Source of the DNA: the human T2T-CHM13v2.0 reference genome, Homo sapiens
Length of the DNA: 64,000 nt
Direction: 5' to 3' (one strand)
Assembly (NCBI RefSeq): GCF_009914755.1
Contig: NC_060942.1
This document shows, piece by piece, positions 55,994 to 64,000 of this stretch. The first letter of the stretch is position 1. Each line of letters starts with the position of its first letter. The notes below the pieces were generated by a model. It did no database searches and was not told the origin of the DNA. It saw only the letters and a list, made by a program, of their open reading frames with translations. The translations under genes were made by a program, and so were the position numbers.

Positions 55994-57204
55994 CGGGCAT
56001 CAACTAGTGAGAGGCAGAGACTGCAGAAATGAAGGTGAGCAAAAGTCTTCTGCTATCATGGAGCATTTAGCCTAGTGAAGGAGTCTTGCATTGGCAATCA
56101 GGTGGGTGTGATACATTCTATGAGAGGAATTACAAGAGGTCACAGAAGTGTACAACAAGGGGTTTTGACTTGGTCCTGGGGTGCTTATGGACAATAGTGG
56201 GAAAAGCCCATGCATACACTGTGTATGTGTTGTGATTACTGAACCAGACTTATAGAACACATTCATCCCTAGTATATTTGAAGATGTTTTGTCAAATGAC
56301 AAGTTGATTAGGCTTCTGTGTGACTACCTTAGTCTCCAAATAGGCTATGTTTGGTGATTTAAGAGCTTAGCGGAGACACGATTATCCTTTAGATAAGATT
56401 GTGTAGGGATACATATTCTAAGCATGGAATCCACCATTGATCCACTGGATTTTTTTTGAATGAATTTATTCCAATGGGAAGGTGGCACTCAAGTTTTCAG
56501 TATCTCCCTGGGGAATTCATCTGGGCGAGCAGACTACTAAATGAATGACTACCAAATGAGTTTTGTCTACCAAGGGTCTACCAGAGAGACCACATGATGT
56601 CGCTGTTGCTTAAATATATACGAAAACTCTTTTGTGAGGATTAGTTTATAAAGGAAGTTTCAGGAAGATGGAAAAATGTTATTCCAATAAGAGAAACACT
56701 TTTATACACATAAAAGGCATTTTTAAACGTAAAAACAGCTGACTTATATACCAAAGCCTCCTTTTAAATTTTTATTTATTATTGTTTTTCCTTTACTCAG
56801 CAATATCAAAACGGTCTTGATGTTACCTGATAATTTCTTCTGAAGAATTTAGAGTGCCATTATGTCTAAATATCTTATATATTTAAAACTTGAGGAGTTT
56901 TAAAATATAAATGTTTCATTGAAACATTATAAAATTCAGAAGAATACAAATGACACGTGTTGTGAACAGAGGGTTAGAATTACTTCATTTTCTGCACCTG
57001 AGACCCTCTCAAAAAATGATCACCAATATGCATAGATTACATCCACCTACATTCCTCAAATCAACATGATTTACTTAATGTCAGTCTATCGCCTGCTTTT
57101 AAAAACTTTTTCTCTCCTTTTGCTTTTCTTTCTCTCTTACTTACTTTTTATTTCTCAGAGAATTTTTGTTTCTTTTATCATTTCATGGATTTATTTTGTT
57201 AGTT

Positions 57205-57730
57205 TTAGTTCATTCATTTCTCAAACATTTACTGCATACCTGTTATGTGTAAGATCATATTCTAGGTATTGTAAAAGACAGAAAGTAGGTGAACATATCA
57301 TTTCCATATACAAGACTCTTACAGTCTTGTAAGATTGAAGACAAATTCACAAAAATAACAGAATGAATCTTTATTGCATGTCAGACCCTCTACCAAGTTT
57401 TTAACATGTTATCTCACTTAAACCTCATGATATCTCTTGTTAACTTCATTTTACAGGTGGGAAGACTGAGATTTAGGAAGGATCAATAATTTGTCTAAGG
57501 TTAAACAGCTTGTGTATGCGGGGGCTGAGAATCCAATCTCAGTACATTTGGCCACAGAGCCTGAGATATGCTTTTTTAGACTTGCAGTAATATTAGGCAA
57601 AATAAGGCAAGTGTTAAATATAGAGGTTCAAAGTGCAATGGAAATTCATATCTGGGGAGGTTTTATGGAGGAAGTGGCATTTGAGTTTGGCTTTGAAGGA
57701 TGAATAGTATTTCACCTGGTAGAGATGAGA
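57205..57730 (-). mobile_element. L2 fragment with nested MIR (about 57360-57570)
   Basis: TTCATTCATTTCTCAAACATTTACTG; CATTTTACAGGTGGGAAGACTGAG; GGAGGAAGTGGCATTTGAGTTTGGCTTTGAAGGATGAATAG. Confidence 0.65.
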
Positions 57731-57789
57731 AGGGGGTCTCTACCAAACAAAGGTTTAGTTCTGGCTCATGGTATATTTACAAGCTAAAC

Positions 57790-58045
57790 CAACAAGGGTC
57801 TTGGTTCCACACATTGACTCAGGGACCCAAGCTGAAGGGCTACTGTCTTATAGTTGCACACTATGGAACATAAGCAGAAGAGAAAATGATGCGTGAAAGT
57901 TGTATTGCCTTTGCCCAAAATTGACTCATGTCACTCTGCTCACATTTCACTGGCTAAAACCAGTCATATGGTCCTGGTTAACTGCAAGAGGGCTGGGAAA
58001 TGTAGGGAACAGATGGAATATTAATGAACATGCTGTCTCTTCCCT
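57790..58045 (-). mobile_element. Old MLT1 (J/K-like) fragment
   Basis: ACTCAGGGACCCAAGCTGA...CTGCTCACATTTCACTGGCTAAAAC.AGTCATATGG...CTGCAAG.GGGCTGGGAAATGTAG. Confidence 0.65.
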
Positions 58046-59851
58046 ATTATTGTGCTGCCTCCCTGGAAATGTGGAAAATATGCATTATTATCCAGATTTA
58101 ATCAGTGGATAGACTTGGGTACAGAAAGATTAAGTGACTCACTCAGGATCACGTGGTCACCTTGGTCATAGCTACCAAGAGCAGGTAGCATAGGCAGCTA
58201 CTGACATAGCATTATTCCAGGAGCCTTCCTACCATCCCCCACTCCCAGGTCTTATTTCCTCCAATGATTGGTTGGAAAAGATGGAATTTCTACAATTTCA
58301 AATGATTTTCTTTGGCTTAAGTCCTCAGTACCTTGCAGATCAAAACAGCCTTTGGAGAAATGCCATACTGAGCCTGACCTGTTCAAGCCCCTTTTGGAAT
58401 GATGGGATGTGGGTGGTGTTTTCTAGCACAAATAAATAAATAAAATAAGCCAGCAAATATAATTTAAAAATGACAGTCATTCTCATTTTAAGCCTGGTGG
58501 TTCCCAACCTCTTCCAGTGGAAGATCAACTTACAGGAGGGCATATTTCTCTCATTCACTGGGTATAACTCTGTGACTAGCCTATCGGCAGTACCTGGAAG
58601 ACCATTTAAAGAATGAGACCATTGTTGTCTGTGGTGAAAGGAGAATTTGCCTGTTGCAAGTGACATACCATGCAACTCTCTTCCAAACAGCAAGGTGCTT
58701 ACCCATGTGGAAAAAAAAAAAAATGAAAGGAACAGCCAGATTTGGTTACTGTCGGAGCCACATGATTCAGAGATATCCTTGTTAATGACAGTTGCACAGC
58801 TGGATAATTAATCAAAGAATGAAGAGAATATAGCGCAGCCTAATGCACACAGCTCCATCCAGTCTCTGCGGGATCAGGCCATCATCTGTTTATTCTCCTT
58901 TGGAATGGCTTGAGAATATTCAATTATTCAATAGCTCCCCTCCTTGCTGTGATGGGATGTATGGTTTTTAATTGGCACCAGGGCCTTTCTGCTCCTATGA
59001 ACTTTGCTAGTCACTCTTGTGATTCTAGTCCCTGGAAGCATGAATGTTTATCTTTATCTAGAGCTGGGTTCAAACAATGCATCTTGAAGTACTGATCAGC
59101 TTTTAAAAAGCAGTTCTGCCAAGTGATTGGTGGCAAAATCATGACAAAATCTGCATTTCAATTTTGTCCTTTTTCTTCCTACCTATGTTGTACTTGCCGT
59201 AGAACACTGGATAAAAAGTCTATCTGTACCATGAACTTTCTCTGCCATTATAGTTAATTTTGTAAATGTTGTCTTTTCCTTAGGAGAGATTTTGGGTTTT
59301 AATATTAGGCTGGTGCATAAATATTTGCCCATTATGGTGTGTTTCTTTGAAGTGCTTTCTGGAGTAGCAATTTAATATTTCTGATATATAAATACAATGT
59401 TTTTTCAAACTTAAGACAGAGATTATTATAATTGTACAGAGACATTTATTAAGACATAGATTACCACCTATTTTAGGGCCTTCAAACATAAAGTTACAAT
59501 GAAATCTCATTAAGTGGGCTGCTTCTACTGCTTTTACCTCTCTAAATATTTGCCCTCTGTAGTGGAATTTTTCTCCTTCAGACGCAAATTTTTCCAACCT
59601 TCTGTGTTAATTAACTCAAAATGTTCTTTCCCCGGCTTGGTCCCTGCATGGCTCTGCTAGTCAAGATTCCTAACACTTGCCTGCCAACACTTAGTGTTGC
59701 TTCACTGCCTGATCATTTCAAGAGTAATAACTTATCACAAGTCCAACTCCTCAGTCGGTTTTCCAAGCCCTATTTAACCTGACCTTCACAAAGGACCCTG
59801 CCTTTTATCTTGCCACCTCCCTACAGACATCTTTTCAGTTGATCTCCTTCT

Positions 59852-60473
<622 letters not shown>

Positions 60474-60836
60474 TAAACTTTGTCATGATACATTTTAAAT
60501 TGAGTCTTAGTTTGAAGGTAGTTTTTAAAGACAGATCATTAGACAAAAAACTACAGAGTCAAAAATACCCTTTCTTGGAGATTAAAGTTGTCTGTCAAAT
60601 AAAGCACAGATGAATTAGTGTATCTCATGCTGCCTGTGGGTAAGTTCATCCGTGGTCAAATTTTCCTCCCCTATCAGAACATTTTGCCATTTCTTTGGTT
60701 GAATACCAGATTCGCTGAATGGCTTGTGTTTAGGAACTATATGGTCTAGAGAAGTATGACTCCCCCACTTCCAAGTTGATATAGCTGAATTTTTGTTAAT
60801 TTACATAAGAAGTAACTCTCCTGAAATCAGGCCTGA

Positions 60837-61163
<327 letters not shown>

Positions 61164-61503
61164 TCCCACTTGTGTTTTTATTGCCATGTCGAGTTGGATC
61201 TGGTCAGAGCAAATGAATTATTGGGACTATTTCAAAAATATGTTTTGGATTCTTTTGAATTAATTATGAATCATTCCCTTTTCATTAAAGAAAGAATCTC
61301 AAACATTTAATACATTTTTTTAAAGTAGAAAAAAAAGAAAAACATTTTCTAACTCCTTACAAGGCTTATTTAGAATGGCAAAGAACAGGGAAACAAAACA
61401 AGAAGAATGAAAATGAAAAGGAGGAGAAGAGGAAGGAAGAGAAAGTACCCCCATACAAAGTTTAAATAGTAGAAAGATACATTTTAAGTAGGTTAATGTT
61501 GCC

Positions 61504-61894
61504 TGTTATGGACCGAATTGTGTCCCTCAATTTATATGATGAAGCCCTAACCCCCAATGTGATTACAATTGGAGATAGGGCCTTTAAGGAGGTAATTAGG
61601 TTAAATCAGGTTATAAGGGTGGGGCACTAATTCGATAGGACTGGTGTCCTGATAGAAGAAGAGGAAGAAACCATGGAGCTCTCTCCCTCTTTCTCTCTCC
61701 ACAAGTGCACAGAGGACAAGACCATGTGAACACACAGTAAGAAGGCAGCTATCTGCAAAGAAAAGAGGCTGCACCAGAAACCAGCTTTGCCGGCACCTTG
61801 ATCTTGGACTTCTAGCCTCCAGAATGTGAAAAAATAAATGTTTGAGCTTCCTAGTCTATGGTTTTTGTCATGGCAGTCTAAAATGACTAATATA
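61504..61894 (+). mobile_element. MLT1A0-like MaLR solo LTR
   Basis: TGTTATGGACCGAATTGTGTCCC...GGAGATAGGGCCTTTAAGGAGGTAATTA; perfect 5-bp TSD TTGCC (61499-503, 61895-99). Confidence 0.88.
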
Positions 61895-62969
61895 TTGCCT
61901 ATTCAAGATCATTGTCCTAAGGACAGGATAGATTGATGTTTTATAGCCTGAGGTCTCATTATTTTGGCTGTTACAAAGCTAGAACTAAAGTAATATGATT
62001 CCTTGTGTAGCTATTGGTCAGTCCATTTCAGCAATTGCTTCTACTTGATGATGTCTGTGAGATGAACAGAGTAAAATTGCTTGTTTATTCTTATAACTAT
62101 TTAGATTCTAACCAAAAGCTGCAACCTCCAAATATTTCCCAATGCATTTAGGATTTTCAAATGGATTACCTAAATTGTGAAAAAAGGTGAAACTGAAACT
62201 CAAGTTAGTTTTCTATGGTAATGATGTTACTGCAGAATTCTGGTGGGAATTTTAAATAGTTGTAGTGTTACCTCTTTAGCTAAGAAAACATTCTTCCAGT
62301 AGATCAGAGCAGTAAAGGTGGGAATGTCTTTTTCTCTAATATAGGCTTCTCAGTGAGGTGTTAAGTGCAAAGCTTACATTCTCTCTTTTTCCTTTAATGG
62401 AGAAAAAAAGACTGTAGGAGGTAGAATTCAAAGTGCTAAAATTGAGGCATGAGAGAAGTGGAAGATGTAGACATTACAGTGCTTCTTCTCTAATGAGGAA
62501 TCACATCCAACATTCAGGATTCATGAAGAGAACTAGCTGAGGAACTTGACACGAGCTTATGTTTGGTGCATGTGCCTCTTAATGTTTCGTATTTCATAAT
62601 ATTCTGCATCTAATATCCATGGCTGTCAAATGGCTTGACAAATATTTCATTAATGTTATTTTATGGTAGGATTGGGATGCTTGGGGGTTACATAGAACTT
62701 GGGGTCTTGAATTTGGTCTCTCTAAATTATGTTATTTTTCTTCATTGGTTTGAAGTGTGTCTATGTAGACACACTGCTGGGGAAAATAAAGCATATAAAT
62801 ACATTTGTTAAGTATAACATTTCACTCCCCCCATGCTTCTTCCTTGGAAATTTTAAGACTCCAGCATTTATTGTTTCAATGGCATGAGTCTTACTGGGAT
62901 CACATGACCAAGTGGACAGATTTTTGTGAAAGTCAGGAAGTTTGGGTTTCAATTCCATTTCCACTTCAA

Positions 62970-63465
62970 ATCTTATGTGTCACCTTGGCTGGGCCATAGT
63001 GCCCAGATGTGTGGTCAAACATTATTCGGGATATTTGTGTGAGGGTGTTTTGGGATGAGATTAACATTAAGATTGGTAGACTTTGAGTAAAGAAGGCTGG
63101 CCTTCCTAACGGGGTTGACCTCATGCTACGAGTTGAAGGCTTGAATAGAACAGAAGACTGACCCTCCTCCCAGTAAGAAGGAATTCTGCCAGTAGACAGC
63201 GTTCGGGCTAGAGCTATAGCATTGGCTTTTTTCTGGGTCTTCAGCCTGATGTCCTTCGAGCTTGAACTACAGCATCAACTCTTCCCTGGGTCTCCAGCCT
63301 GCCAGCCCACCCTGAAGATTTTGGACTTGCCAGCCTTCATAATCACATGAGCCAATTCCTTAAAATGAATCTCTTTATATGTAAATAGAGAGAGAAAGAG
63401 AGAGAGAGGTGTATATATATACATGCACATTGTCTTGGTGCTGCTTCTCTGCAGAACCTGACTCT
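62970..63465 (+). mobile_element. MLT2C/D-like ERVL LTR flanked by MIR-like sequence
   Basis: TATGTGTCACCTTGGCTGGGCCA...GGTCAAACATTATTC...GGATGAGATTAACATT...GAGCCAATTCCTTAAAAT. Confidence 0.8.
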
Positions 63466-64000
63466 ATGGAATCCTGGCTCTGGCCCTTCTCCTCTCTGAG
63501 GCCCATGTTTGCAATCTGTAAAGGGAGGAAGTAGAACTGTATAGCTTCTAAGGCCCCTTAGAAATTAAAAATTGCAGGATGCAAACACCTGCTAGTTTTG
63601 ACATGTATGATTTTTACAAAGAGTAATAAAAGCAAATTCCGGAGAAGTACTAGATAAAAATGTGGAAACACTCCTCATTCCCTGACTTTTGCTTAACATT
63701 TAGAGCAGTTTGGTCAGTCTCTGCTATGGTAAAATACACATGTCTCGGCATTGTCCCCAAACACAAAATGTGGCTGGGTTCTGCTGCCAAGTCTTTCCTC
63801 CTCTGTCATAGTCCTCTCCTCCTTCCCAAACACCACCATCCTGCCGGCATTATCATCCCTGTTATGGGCACCGGCATCTTTCAGGTGAGTCTTGGACCTC
63901 CTAATTCCTGTGCCAGGCACCAAGACAAGTGGAATGTCAGCTGACTCAGACCCCAGCTGTCATCCAGAGATGAGAGGCTGGGCACCAGCTATGCCATAAC

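Noticed and set aside
63200-63302. About 50-bp diverged internal duplication in the MLT2 LTR
   Set aside because: Highly diverged and probably part of the MLT2C/D consensus rather than a local event.

Overview
This is primate (human-like) non-coding genomic DNA, intronic or intergenic. It is roughly half interspersed repeats: 18 Alus, several L1 3' ends, many L2/MIR relics, about 13 LTR or LTR-derived segments (MaLR MST/MLT1, ERVL MLT2/MER74-like, ERV1 LTR1-like) and DNA-transposon MITEs (MER2, MER5). I find no credible protein-coding gene, RNA gene or CpG island. The listed ORFs are Alu/L1/LTR read-throughs or chance ORFs. I cannot identify the locus and see no evidence of a novel multi-gene system. 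The most interesting signals are structural: (1) a 59-bp near-perfect hairpin inside an old MLT1 LTR (46499-46628); (2) a 115-nt ERV-LTR transcript apparently retroposed by L1, with TSD and a tail converted to (CA)n (37607-37766); (3) an intact MLT2A (HERVL) LTR with DUX-type motif, TATA, splice donor and a nearby acceptor (48012-48747); (4) a template-switch palindrome in an MLT2 LTR microsatellite (4381-4583). There are also several nested insertions with readable TSDs, candidate enhancers and candidate + strand non-coding exons. Repeat subfamily names come from recalled consensus sequences and need RepeatMasker/Dfam confirmation. Boundaries of old repeats are approximate.
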